Positions 19,658 through 29,566 of a DNA stretch of 64,000 nucleotides are shown here, piece after piece (positions within the stretch are counted from its first letter, which is position 1; each line of letters starts with the position of its first letter). The translations under genes and the position numbers were made by a program. The stretch is from Methanothrix sp. (GTDB lineage Archaea > Halobacteriota > Methanosarcinia > Methanotrichales > Methanotrichaceae): contig OY821645.1 of the NCBI GenBank assembly GCA_963682135.1, forward strand, positions 2,784,001 through 2,848,000, read 5' to 3'. A model generated the notes under the pieces. The model searched no databases and was not told the DNA's origin. It saw only the letters and a list, made by a program, of their open reading frames with translations.

Positions 19658-20329
19658 ATGATGAAAAGGCTTACCGCTTATGTCTCGGGAAGTGTTCAGA
19701 AGACAGGATACCGAGCAAAAGTTGCCGATTTTGCCAGAATGCTGGGACTAAGAGGTACTGTGGAGAACCTTGATGACAGCCGAGTGAAAATATTGGCAGA
19801 AGGCAATGAGGATAAGCTGAAGTGGTTCGAAGAGGCCCTTATTATTAATGATAATTTGATACAAGTCTCCTCTATAGAAAGAGAATATTCTGAACCCATG
19901 GGTGATTTTAGCAGGTTCTACAAGCTTGTGGATAAGGGAGAGACAGACTCTCGGCTGGATACTGCCGCATCTCATCTAAATAATCTCATTGGTGCAGTGA
20001 ATAATTTGAATGATAATCTTGGCCGAAAGATGGATGTTATGATTGGTTTGAATGATAATATGGGCAATAAGATGGATGTTATAATTGATTTGAATGATAA
20101 TCTTGGCCGAAAGATGGATGTTATAATTGATTTGAATGATAATCTTGGCCGAAAGATGGATGTTATGATTGATCTGCAAAGAGAGGCCCTCGATTCCCAG
20201 GAAAACCTGCTGGAAGAGGTTCATGAGTCCAGAAAAGATCTTAAGGGATATCTCGAACAGAGATTTGAAAAGCTGGAATCGGAAGTAACTGAGATGCGAG
20301 CTGCTCTCAGGGAAAAAGGGATTATTTAG
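19658..20329 (+). CDS. Acylphosphatase-domain protein with 14-aa repeat coiled coil (copy 2)
   Basis: VSGSVQKTGYR, GTVENLDDSRV; (LNDNLGRKMDVIID)x4; C-terminus ALREKGII. Confidence 0.85.
   Translation: MMKRLTAYVSGSVQKTGYRAKVADFARMLGLRGTVENLDDSRVKILAEGNEDKLKWFEEALIINDNLIQVSSIEREYSEPMGDFSRFYKLVDKGETDSRLDTAASHLNNLIGAVNNLNDNLGRKMDVMIGLNDNMGNKMDVIIDLNDNLGRKMDVIIDLNDNLGRKMDVMIDLQREALDSQENLLEEVHESRKDLKGYLEQRFEKLESEVTEMRAALREKGII
20006..20173 (+). repeat. In-frame 42-bp tandem repeat, 4 units
   Basis: TTGAATGATAATCTTGGCCGAAAGATGGATGTTATAATTGAT and variants, directly visible. Confidence 0.93.
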
Positions 20330-20340
20330 TTCCCAATGTT

Positions 20341-21678
20341 TTGATTCTTACATTAGAGATATCCATGAGAATAATGATTATTTTGTTCCTTCTAATGCTT
20401 CTGCCACTCGCGGTGACGGCCACTGCAGAAACGCCTACTGTCCCTGAAAAGGATACAGAAAAAGATTTGTCCATAATTGCTCCAAATGATTTTAACGCCG
20501 CCCTGAATTGCAGTTATGATGAAATCGACCGTCACGCACTGACTGCGCCTTCTTCGGCCGAAGCTACGGTAGAAAGCCTGGCTGCCTACTTGATCGAGCC
20601 GGCAAAGAATGATCGCGAGAAGACCCGGGCCATCTTCCGCTGGATCACAGAGAACGTTGACTACAACGTTGAGGTTTTTTTCCAGGGCGGCACCGGGGCT
20701 ACGATATCTGAGGATGTCCTAAAAAGCAGAAAATCGGTCTGCTACGGCTATTCCGATCTCTTCCTCTCTTTAGCCAGGGAAGCGGGCCTGGAGGCAGTGA
20801 GGATCAGAGGCTACGGAAAGGGGTACGGATATGTGCCGGGCAAGAGCTTCACCGGCCCCTTAAATCATGCCTGGAATGCCGTTAAAATAAACGGATACTG
20901 GTATTTAATGGACTGCACCTGGGGGGCGGGGTATGTGAGTGGGGAAGGAAAGTACGTGCGCAAATTCGACGATCACTATTTTATGACGCCGCCTTCCCAG
21001 TTCATCTTCAGCCACCTCCCGGAGGATGTCCGCTGGCAGCTTCTCGATCTGCCTCTCTCAAAAGAGGGGTTTGAGAATCTGGTCTATCTGGAATCGGACT
21101 TTTTCAACCTGGGTCTGAAGCTCGGGCAGAGGAACGGGACGATAAGCGCGGCAGGCCAGGTCAACGTCTCCATATTTGCACCAGAGGATGTGTTGATGAT
21201 GGCAAAGCTGGAGTACGCCGACGGCGCAGCTGCTGGAGATGGCCGCACATTTTGCCAGAGAGATGGGGAGCGGTATGATATTTATGCTCAATTTCCAGGC
21301 GCAGGGAGTTTTATCTTGAAGGCCTATGCCAAGCGAAGAGACGATCCAGGAAAGTACGATTCTGTGCTGGAATACGGCATCAATGCCTCCTCAGGTGGGG
21401 GCTCCGGCTTTCCCATGACGTTTAAAACGTTCAGCGAAACAGGGGCCTATCTCTACGGGCCGCTGGAGGGCAGGCTGCAGGCCGGGTCGAGCTACCTGTT
21501 CCGGATCAGGGTTCCAGGTGCCAGGAATGTGTCTGTGGTGTGCGGGGATAAATGGACAACTCTTGCGTCGCGAGGGGATCTTTTTGAGGGGAATGCGACT
21601 GCCGGGAAGGAGGATGTGGGTGTCTTCGGGAAGTTTCAGGGAGAGGGGTGGGATGGGCTGGTGAGATATAGTTTATAG
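20341..21678 (+). CDS. Secreted transglutaminase-like (kyphoscoliosis peptidase-like) protein
   Basis: Signal peptide (likely start ATG 20365); SVCYGYS, HAWNAV, MDCTWGAG Cys-His-Asp triad. Confidence 0.85.
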   Translation: MILTLEISMRIMIILFLLMLLPLAVTATAETPTVPEKDTEKDLSIIAPNDFNAALNCSYDEIDRHALTAPSSAEATVESLAAYLIEPAKNDREKTRAIFRWITENVDYNVEVFFQGGTGATISEDVLKSRKSVCYGYSDLFLSLAREAGLEAVRIRGYGKGYGYVPGKSFTGPLNHAWNAVKINGYWYLMDCTWGAGYVSGEGKYVRKFDDHYFMTPPSQFIFSHLPEDVRWQLLDLPLSKEGFENLVYLESDFFNLGLKLGQRNGTISAAGQVNVSIFAPEDVLMMAKLEYADGAAAGDGRTFCQRDGERYDIYAQFPGAGSFILKAYAKRRDDPGKYDSVLEYGINASSGGGSGFPMTFKTFSETGAYLYGPLEGRLQAGSSYLFRIRVPGARNVSVVCGDKWTTLASRGDLFEGNATAGKEDVGVFGKFQGEGWDGLVRYSL

Positions 21679-21715
21679 CATCTATTTAGTTTACAGTTTA
21701 AAAAAATAATACTTG

Positions 21716-21802
21716 TTTAGCTTAGGCTTGGTTCCATCTTTATGCGGCGGCGCCTCGCATGCCCCGTCTGCTTGCAGCGGGGTGCGCCGTCGCCGTTTGA
21801 CT
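21716..21802 (-). repeat. Dispersed GC-rich palindromic repeat (family B)
   Basis: Reverse complement resembles 60602-60695 (..GCGCACCC..GCAAGC..GCAT.CGAGGCG.CGCCGC..AAA.ATGGAACCA). Confidence 0.75.
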
Positions 21803-21830
21803 CTAAGCAGCACCGTAATTATCACTAAAT

Positions 21831-23195
21831 TTAACTCCTTATTTTTATAATTAAATTCCTCATTAATTCTTCACATTCATCCAATTTATTAGTTTTTATA
21901 TTATTTAAAAGAATCTCCTGGTTTCTTTCTACTCTATATATCCAAAATCCTTCAGGAGAAGCTACTACAAAGCTTTTCATCCCTAGCAAGAGCGAATAGG
22001 ATTTGGCTTGTAGAACTGCTTTCTTAAGTTGAGATTCATTGACTATTTCTAATTTATCCTCAAATAAAGTCAAGTCTCCTTTCTCATCTTGAATAATAAA
22101 ATCTACGTAGCATGTGTGATATTGGCTTCCTACTGTAAAATAACATGGATATTGCCTTTTAAATTTTAATCTCCAATGCTTTAACAAAGGCTCAATGATT
22201 TTATCCTCAAATTCTTCTTCTGAGGAGTAGGTCCCAGAGGTCGCTTCTTGGCCTATAGATTCAGGAGATAATCCTAATCTTTCATAGACCTCTTTTCCTA
22301 TTTTCTCTAATAATCTATTATATATTGAATATGGAATTGTTCCTGCTGTTACTCCCTGTGATTGAGCTTTGACAAAACTCCAATTATTTAATACTAAATC
22401 ATGTTTCATCTCTATCATTGTAATATCTCTAATCGAAGTAATTTTTCTTAGAGGAACATAAAAACCACCCCACCCCAAATACGCATCAAAATAAGGTTTT
22501 CCAGACACTTTATATATTTCTGTGATTGCTTTTCTTGGACTCTGCCTATACATAAATACTAAATCACCAATCTGCATTTCTTTTCTACCAGACCATGTAG
22601 TTTCAATTTCGTTATCTAAGCTACTAAAATCTTTAGGACTTGATACTAATATCCAGTATCTGTTATAATTGTTTTTATCGAAAAATAATGGTGCTAAAAC
22701 ATCAAATAGAAAGTAATTAATCCTTTTCTGAATAGACTTAGGGTCTTCCAGATTTGGCCATGTATCATGTGAAAACGAAAGTAGAGCTTCATTTAAGATC
22801 AGGTAATTTTCAAAACTATTTTTGTTATGTCCAATTTTGGAAAATGAAAACTGAAATTTCTCATAGATTTGACTGAAAAATTTGAATCCTGCAAAGATTT
22901 CATTTTCTAAAAAAGATACTCTATAAAATAAATATTTTTGTGGATATAAATAATTTAGTGTTAAAGATATATTCGATATGTTATTTTTAAAAGTCTCCTT
23001 TAGGATTGATATAACAGCCCCCTCGTCTACTATGTCTTTTGAGGTGACAACAAGTGGTAAAGAAATATCTCTTCCAGAATTAATCCCTGAAAGCAAAACC
23101 TTTAGATCTCTCTTCCACACATCAACATCATAGCATCTCTCTGCATTTCGTTTTACATCTTCTATCAGCCAATTCAATATCAATTCATCATTCAT
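21831..23195 (-). CDS. EVE-domain + PD-(D/E)xK (HsdR_N-like) nuclease; putative modification-dependent restriction enzyme
   Basis: YWIL..W..MQIGDLVFMYR EVE/PUA-like motif; C-terminal SEEEF..VDFII..LFEDK..QAKSY; very AT-rich. Confidence 0.7.
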   Translation of the reverse strand: MNDELILNWLIEDVKRNAERCYDVDVWKRDLKVLLSGINSGRDISLPLVVTSKDIVDEGAVISILKETFKNNISNISLTLNYLYPQKYLFYRVSFLENEIFAGFKFFSQIYEKFQFSFSKIGHNKNSFENYLILNEALLSFSHDTWPNLEDPKSIQKRINYFLFDVLAPLFFDKNNYNRYWILVSSPKDFSSLDNEIETTWSGRKEMQIGDLVFMYRQSPRKAITEIYKVSGKPYFDAYLGWGGFYVPLRKITSIRDITMIEMKHDLVLNNWSFVKAQSQGVTAGTIPYSIYNRLLEKIGKEVYERLGLSPESIGQEATSGTYSSEEEFEDKIIEPLLKHWRLKFKRQYPCYFTVGSQYHTCYVDFIIQDEKGDLTLFEDKLEIVNESQLKKAVLQAKSYSLLLGMKSFVVASPEGFWIYRVERNQEILLNNIKTNKLDECEELMRNLIIKIRS

Positions 23196-23356
23196 ATATT
23201 ATTCTTCCGTTAAGCCCATAGCTTCATTTTTAACATGGATGGCAATGAGTTCTCTTCAAAGCATTTTCTATTATTAGATTGCCCTTAGTCAGAGCGTTTG
23301 CACTATTGCATCACTGAAAAACTCTCAATAAAAAAATACATAGAGCCAAAATCCGG

Positions 23357-24222
23357 TCACAGCATCAGGAATTGTTCATATTTCTGGCGTTTGGTCTGGT
23401 CGCTGATATGTGAATACCTGAGTGTTGTTCTTATATCACTATGGCCTAGAATTTCCTTCACTCTGCTTATATCACAACCGGCTACTATCATCATGGTTGC
23501 CGTCGTATGCCTCGCGAATACATGTACACCCACGGCCTTTTCAATTCCTGCCTTTGCTTATACCGGGTAAATAAACGGTGTATTTCAGTTCGTTGCCATC
23601 TTTTTCCATATTCCGTAAAGAATAGAGGTTCTCTATCATCAAGGAAAATAAAGGTTTTAATTCAAGATAACGGCGAAGTGTCGCGGCACATTCGTTGTTA
23701 ATAATTAATAAGTGCAATTCTATCTTTACCACGTTTAACGTTACCGATTCTAATTGTCAGGCGCTTTAAATCAATATCCGGGACATCAATATTGCATAAT
23801 TCGCTTGCCTGTAGGCAGGCATAAAATACAGTTTGTAATATCGCGAGATGTTTAAGGTTCTGGATTACACTGAATATTTTAATAACATCGTCTTTATCGA
23901 AATAGTGAGGTATTTGGTTATTAGGTTCAAGTCGTTTGACTTCTATTTTCTCTCCTATCATCGCGTGGTAAGCTCGTATGGAATATTTGTATTGGTTCTT
24001 GGTAGACCTCGATGCTTTCCTTTCGGCTAAAATGTCTCTAAAGAGTTCTAAGTCTTGGTTCGATGGCCTATCGCTTTGCGCGAATTTGAGATATCTTCGC
24101 ACGTTTCCTAAATAACCGGTTACAGTGGCTTTCCTCATCCCCTGGCCTTCAAGATATCGCCGGAATCTCTTCAAAGCCGGTTCAAAATCAGTTGTAATTT
24201 TTATATCAAAATTTATATTCAT
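23357..24222 (-). pseudogene. Tyrosine recombinase/integrase, multiply frameshifted
   Basis: SAM-like N-domain; CLQASEL (catalytic R replaced by Q); KRGKDR; in other frames RHTTAT, LGHSDIRTTLRY; lies directly 3' of the tRNA. Confidence 0.85.
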
Positions 24223-24319
24223 TATCTGCAAATATAAATCTCCTGGGAGAAAAGGACACAATCCTGTAACACATAGAGAATCATCCGAAACAAAAATCGC
24301 TACCAAAAGAGCACTTTTA

Positions 24320-24392
24320 TGGGGCCACGGCGATTTGAACGCCGGTCACAGGACCCCCAGTCCTGTAGGATACCAGGCTACCCTATGGCCCC
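24320..24392 (-). tRNA. tRNA-Pro (GGG)
   Basis: GGGGCCATAGGGTAGCCTGGTATCCTACAGGACTGGGGGTCCTGTGACCGGCGTTCAAATCGCCGTGGCCCCA; cloverleaf; anticodon stem CAGGA/TCCTG with loop CTGGGGG. Confidence 0.95.
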
Positions 24393-24521
24393 GCACAGCG
24401 AACTGTAGGAAGCAGAGGTGGCATATAAGCATTTCCCATGGTTTTTGACTCCACACCTGGGTTCGTGACAAGGCTCTCGATCAAATAGTTTAATAATCCC
24501 TATCTCTCCAAGTGAGAGCCC

Positions 24522-24848
24522 GTGAGACGGAGAAAGGACAGCCACAGGACCAGAGATCTGGCCTTACAGCGCATGGAGAGGCTATTTATGCTGGCGGCAG
24601 CAGTTCACGCGGCCAACCCGGAGAGGAGCGACAGATATGTGCAGATCGCCAGGAAGATTTGCACCCGCACCAGAGTCAGAATGCCCCGACAGCAAAAAAG
24701 GCTCTTTTGCAGAAACTGCGGCAGCTTTCTTGCTCCGGCAGCAACCAGGGTGAGGCTAAGTGAAGGCGTCCTTATCACCACCTGTCTGCTGTGCGGCCGG
24801 CAGATGAGGCGCCCTTACCGGTCTTCAGGAAATGGATCGTCGAGATAG
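24522..24848 (+). CDS. rnp4: Ribonuclease P protein component 4 (Rpp21)
   Basis: RMERLF, RYVQIARKI, FCRNCGSFLAP, TCLLCG zinc ribbon. Confidence 0.9.
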   Translation: MRRRKDSHRTRDLALQRMERLFMLAAAVHAANPERSDRYVQIARKICTRTRVRMPRQQKRLFCRNCGSFLAPAATRVRLSEGVLITTCLLCGRQMRRPYRSSGNGSSR

Positions 24849-24911
24849 CACAAAGAGCCAAAGCTCGATAACCCTAACCAGGATGCCTAAATGGTTGATG
24901 AGCACCTCAGT

Positions 24912-25358
24912 CTAATCGACGCTATCGGATGAAGCCAGACCCAGTTGATCGTAGCCTATGTATTGCATTATGCGATCCTTCTTGTCTCCGATCAGCTCAT
25001 TCTCGCGATCGAGTATCTCTTTCACCAGATTTACGATGGGCACCTTTCCATCCCAATTTCGGGCCAGGATTTCTGTCGAGGACGATTCCTTTGCTACCTC
25101 ATTGGCGACAAACGCGCAAAGGTAGATATCGTCCACATAGCCGATTGGACCGTACTTCTCCTCGGGGATGATATCCTCAGGAAGGATAAAATATGCAATG
25201 GCGGCAATGACCAGCGGCGACATCGACCTGGGAAGAGCCTGGTCATCCAGGAGCCTGGTCATCATTTTGTAGAGGGCCGGCGCCTGTGCAATTAGCTGGG
25301 AAAATTCGCCATCATAACCGGAGATATCCTTTTCCAGTATGGCATCAAATCTCTTCAA
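24912..25358 (-). CDS. YkvA/DUF1232 family protein
   Basis: AIAYFILPEDIIPE..GPIGYVDD; start placed at TTG 25358 after GGAGAGG. Confidence 0.8.
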   Translation of the reverse strand: MKRFDAILEKDISGYDGEFSQLIAQAPALYKMMTRLLDDQALPRSMSPLVIAAIAYFILPEDIIPEEKYGPIGYVDDIYLCAFVANEVAKESSSTEILARNWDGKVPIVNLVKEILDRENELIGDKKDRIMQYIGYDQLGLASSDSVD

Positions 25359-25446
25359 ATCAAAAACCTCTCCACTTCTTATTTGTGGACGATTAGATAA
25401 CTTTTGTGCCCGAAAAACGTTTGAGGGAGACCACTGGCGATGATTT

Positions 25447-26241
25447 TTAAAGGAGGCGGGCAAGATCCGCCAGTGATTCAAGAACCATATCCGGCTTGAC
25501 GCCAGAGCTTTTTGCTATCTCTTCTCGATACTTTCCTGTTTTAACCAAAATTCCCCGCATGCCCATCTCCTGGGCCCCGTGCACATCGGTCAGGATATCG
25601 TCTCCTATCATAGCGGCGTCTTTTGGCTTTATTCCCAGGTCTGTTAGAGCCAGCTGGAAGAAATTGCGGGAGGGCTTTCCCATAAGCAATGCCTTCTTTC
25701 CCGTGGCATATTCAAGGGCGGCAACGAAGGGGCCGGTTGACAGGACCAATCCTTGCGGCTGGCTCCAGTATCGATCCATTTCCAGGGCAAGAATCTCCGC
25801 CCCGTCAAGGATTAGCCGCAGGGCCTGGTTTAGGCGTTCGAAGGTAAAGCTATCTCCGGCGTCACCGATTACAACACAGTCCACATTTTCTTTAGAGATG
25901 ATGATATCTGCCTGCTCAAAGTCCCTGTGCACGTCTCCGGTGGTGAGGAGGAAGCACCTTTCTTTTCCTGATTTCTTTATGTGCTCGATGGCGGCCAGGG
26001 GCGGGGTGTAGATCTGCCAGGCGGCAACATTGTATCCCAGACCCCGGAGGCGTTCTGCCACAGAGTCGCGAGCGCGGCGCGTGGAGTTGGAGACGAAGCG
26101 GTAGCTATATCCCAGCTCGTCCATGCGCTGCAGGCATTCCTTGACGCCTGGATAGGGATCTTTTCCCGTGTAGAGGACGCCATCCAGATCGATGAGAAAA
26201 GCCCGGACAACGGGTTCGATTTTCATTTGACTAGAAGACAC
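25447..26241 (-). CDS. HAD-superfamily class IIA hydrolase
   Basis: DLDGVLY, SNST, GKPS, GDDILTDV, KTGKY. Confidence 0.9.
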   Translation of the reverse strand: MSSSQMKIEPVVRAFLIDLDGVLYTGKDPYPGVKECLQRMDELGYSYRFVSNSTRRARDSVAERLRGLGYNVAAWQIYTPPLAAIEHIKKSGKERCFLLTTGDVHRDFEQADIIISKENVDCVVIGDAGDSFTFERLNQALRLILDGAEILALEMDRYWSQPQGLVLSTGPFVAALEYATGKKALLMGKPSRNFFQLALTDLGIKPKDAAMIGDDILTDVHGAQEMGMRGILVKTGKYREEIAKSSGVKPDMVLESLADLARLL

Positions 26242-26347
26242 AGCATTATTCTCCTAAAGCTAATGCAAGATAAATTTTGCGAAATTCAAATTTCCCGAAG
26301 GCCGGGCGCGCATTTGATAAAGCTGTAGCGCATATCAGCCGCAAACG

Positions 26348-27010
26348 ATGTGCGATTATCTTCTCAAATTGGGCATCTGGGCCTTTCTCGCCCTGACCGC
26401 CATCTGCATGATCTCTTCAGGTGCTCAGTTTAACGGCACTACATATCATCTGGGTGAGAAAGAGGCGCTGGTCTCTGTGCCTGTCAATGCCAGCCATCTG
26501 AATATCACACTCTCCGATAAGACGGAGAATATGACGCTCGTTGACGAAGTGGGCATGAATGTAACCTTCAACAGCAGCAATCGCTTCTTGCGGGGAGACT
26601 ACATCTACAACCTGACCTTTGCCAGGCACGTCACAGGAAGGCTGAATTACACCATGTCTTTGCAGGGCCAGCAGCTAATTCTTCCCATTCGGGATCATGG
26701 GCGGCTGCAAATAATTCTGCCGGAGGGCTTCACCACGGGAGAGCGCAGCCTGGGCATAGCCAGGCCGGCGCCGGACGAATTCGTTGAGGATGATTCCGGC
26801 AGCATTCTAACCTGGAACAACACAACGCAAATTTCCTACATCGAGGTCAATTATTACCGGAGGAGCGCTCCCCAGGCATTGATGATCATTATGGGCATCC
26901 TGGGCCTGACGGGTTTGGTTCTGCTGGCTCAATACTACATCAGCATCCGAAAACTGAAAGAGGCCGGGATGGAAATGGAACGCGAAGTGAATGGGAAAGA
27001 TCGCCAATAG
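26348..27010 (+). CDS. Secreted, C-terminally membrane-anchored protein (DUF5803-like)
   Basis: Signal peptide, NxT sequons, ILPEGF..G, C-terminal TM helix. Confidence 0.65.
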   Translation: MCDYLLKLGIWAFLALTAICMISSGAQFNGTTYHLGEKEALVSVPVNASHLNITLSDKTENMTLVDEVGMNVTFNSSNRFLRGDYIYNLTFARHVTGRLNYTMSLQGQQLILPIRDHGRLQIILPEGFTTGERSLGIARPAPDEFVEDDSGSILTWNNTTQISYIEVNYYRRSAPQALMIIMGILGLTGLVLLAQYYISIRKLKEAGMEMEREVNGKDRQ

Positions 27011-27024
27011 AGAAATCCATTCAT

Positions 27025-27528
27025 TCAAGAATAGCAGGCTTTTTTTCTGAGGTGGTGATCGATCCAGGCCGAGATCTGTCTTCTTCTGGTATAGCCGAAG
27101 AATACGAGATAAGCCAGGCCTGCCGTTTCCGGTATCCAAACGGCGGGATTTTTCAGGCCGCAAAGAAGCATCTCCAGGTAGCTCATGGTATCCAGAAGCG
27201 GCGCGCTGGGAAATGGCCCCAGGATGGGCCAGAGCAATATCTCCGGGGAATTCCACATAAAGTCCAGAGAGAGGTGGACCAGCACTCCCCAGGCCAGGGA
27301 GAAGAGCCTGATATCCTGGAAATGCCAGCATAAGGCAGAAAGGATCATGAGGAAGAGGAGCGTGTGGGCGAAGGTGCGGCCCATATTGGGGCTGCCGAAT
27401 ACTATCAGGCCCAGGGGTTTATCGATGATGTCGGGCAGCATGGAGCCCAATGCCAGAAAGGCCAGGCTCACGCGGCTAAAAAAGCGGGCTGTTGCTAGAG
27501 CAAGGCCTACATGGGCAAAGAGAAGCAT
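27025..27528 (-). CDS. Membrane-bound metal-dependent hydrolase (YdjM-like)
   Basis: FAHVG, GSMLPDIIDKPLG, GRTFAHTL, HLSLD. Confidence 0.85.
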   Translation of the reverse strand: MLLFAHVGLALATARFFSRVSLAFLALGSMLPDIIDKPLGLIVFGSPNMGRTFAHTLLFLMILSALCWHFQDIRLFSLAWGVLVHLSLDFMWNSPEILLWPILGPFPSAPLLDTMSYLEMLLCGLKNPAVWIPETAGLAYLVFFGYTRRRQISAWIDHHLRKKACYS

Positions 27529-27764
27529 TGGGCAGAGAATCGTTCGCTTAGATATTTAGCTATTTTGCGGGGTCTCTACTTTTTGAAAAAATTATGCCCA
27601 TGGACAGAAGCAGGCTGATGGATCGCGATTTTTGGCAGCGTAATCTGTCTCACTGGCCGCTATGGTGAGCGAGGATGATTGTTGCGATTTTAATAGAAGT
27701 GAGCCAACCACAACCTTTTTAATGTATCTAGCGGCACTCAATACTAATCTCAATTACTACGATA

Positions 27765-28036
27765 GTGGGAGATGATACGGAAAGGAGTACCAGATCCTTA
27801 ATAGCAGAGGGTCAGGGAGGGCTTCGCCGGACACTCACACCTCGCAAAGTGAATCCAAGCGGGTTGCTGAATTGATGCAGCCTTGATCCATTCGAGGCTG
27901 ATGATGGCGAAAGTCATCAATGGTGATAAGAGGCGCCCAGGCTTAGCAGCCAGGGCTGTAGATTTTGCTCCTCTGGGGCGGAAAGCGGATTACTATCAAA
28001 TGGCTGCGCTACCCTGCGGAAAGCATCGGGTATCTT
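27765..28036 (+). ncRNA. Candidate structured non-coding RNA (unassigned)
   Basis: ORF-free GC-rich block with many hairpins, including TGATGGC-GAAA-GTCATCA, and three CGGAAAG motifs; T-rich TATA-like box at about 27716. Confidence 0.45.
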
Positions 28037-28064
28037 TATCATGTTTATAAAGCCTGAGGGGGGC

Positions 28065-28916
28065 ATGTTGTGCTTGAAGTGGGTACTGATTCTCATTTAT
28101 ATTCTCATGGCTGCATTGTTGATTGGAATCACTCAGAGCGCGGAAAATTATTATGAAACGACAGAGGATGAAGGCCTCCGGTTCAGTTCCAATCAGACGG
28201 TGGAAGGGTTTGGAATTGCCAGCTCATACATGTGCATGGATTCAGCAAATCGGGTGCTTCATTCTCATAGTAGTGGTAGCGGTGTCTTCAGCAGTGAATC
28301 CAAAGCCATGGTCCGGGAAGGAGTAGTCACAAAATTGAATCCTGGTTCGTTCTCATCAAACACAGGTGTTGGATTTCAAGAGAATGCCAGCAAAGCCTAT
28401 TCCCCAACGAGACTTGATTTTCCCGGAAGCTTTCATTCCAGTCCAATCAGCTCTTTATGGAGCGATTCCACAATTCTCTATGCCGGGGGCGATAAAGTCA
28501 CGGCTCTTGAAGCAAACTTTGATCAGGTGCAGGCTCTGAACAAAGAGATGAAAACAACTACTTCCGGAAACGGGGCCTATGAAGATACGTCGTCATCCAC
28601 TTCTTTTGCGGGAAGCATGGACCTTAATGTCGTATTCAATGGCACGGGGCAGATCGGTGCGTATGTAGGACCGCTTGACGGGAATAATCCGGATGTTTTG
28701 ACGGACAGGTACTACTTAGTCGATAATTACTATCGAGGCGCTTTCACCATAAGCAACAAGATGAAGATTGGATATAAAGCAACTCTCCGACAAGAGGAAG
28801 CTGAGTGGATGCCGTGCTGCTCGGGCGGCTGGGCAAGCATGAATTACAAAGAAAAAGAGAGTTTTCCGGTCGATGTGAACAGGGTATTCAATTGCACTTG
28901 CTTCTCAGTGCCTTAA
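28065..28916 (+). CDS. Secreted hypothetical protein with C-terminal WMPCC...CTC motif
   Basis: Signal peptide after a GAGGGGG SD; Ser/Gly-rich, beta-type sequence. Confidence 0.7.
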   Translation: MLCLKWVLILIYILMAALLIGITQSAENYYETTEDEGLRFSSNQTVEGFGIASSYMCMDSANRVLHSHSSGSGVFSSESKAMVREGVVTKLNPGSFSSNTGVGFQENASKAYSPTRLDFPGSFHSSPISSLWSDSTILYAGGDKVTALEANFDQVQALNKEMKTTTSGNGAYEDTSSSTSFAGSMDLNVVFNGTGQIGAYVGPLDGNNPDVLTDRYYLVDNYYRGAFTISNKMKIGYKATLRQEEAEWMPCCSGGWASMNYKEKESFPVDVNRVFNCTCFSVP

Positions 28917-29002
28917 CTGTACCGACTTCATCAGAAGAGCACAGAGGATGCACGAGAGCAAAACGTAGATAATATCAAATACAAAAAGCATGGAATTTCG
29001 AT

Positions 29003-29410
29003 ATGATGAAGCTCACAGCATTTGTATCCGGCAAAGTCCAGGAGGTAGGCTATCGAGACAGGATAGTCGATATAGCCAATGCGTTTGGCCTCAAGGGTAT
29101 GGTGGAGAATTTAAAGGATGGCCGGGTGAAGATAATAGCTGAGGGCGAGGATGAAAAGCTCAAATGGTTTGAGAGTGCCATTGATATAAAGAATACCTTA
29201 ATCTATGTCTCGTCCATAGAAAAGCAATAATCTCCTGACGCAATGAGTTCGACAGTTTCGGGAAGTTGGTGCTCAAAGGTGAGGTAGAAACCTGGCTGGA
29301 CATAGCTCCCATCTATCTTAAAGAGATAGTCTTTACGCTCAAAAAGATGAATGATAACCTTGGGCGGCAAGCGTAATCAGATGATCTGCAAGCAGGATGA
29401 ACTATTATTA
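29003..29410 (+). pseudogene. Acylphosphatase/coiled-coil gene (copy 3), premature stop, frameshifts, truncated
   Basis: Near-identical to copy 4 up to TAA at 29228 (TAT in copy 4); degraded homology continues to KQDELL. Confidence 0.85.
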
Positions 29411-29566
29411 ACCACAGAGGTAACAGAACCATTGCGTTCCTCACTCGAAAATAGCGGAGAACGATAATTAAAGCGTTAGAATAAATGATCATGTGCTCTT
29501 TCGATGCCGTTATCCCTCAACTATATAATGGATAAGGTCATCAGTATAAGCAGGAGTGTACTCTAA

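Noticed and set aside
21680-24320. attL/attR direct repeat of the tRNA-Pro 3' end
   Set aside because: No duplicate of the tRNA 3' sequence found by eye, so the distal islet boundary is undefined.
27765-28036. RNase P RNA or SRP RNA
   Set aside because: No GAGGAAAGUCC/P4 signature or SRP helix-8 motif seen on either strand; kept only as an unassigned ncRNA candidate.
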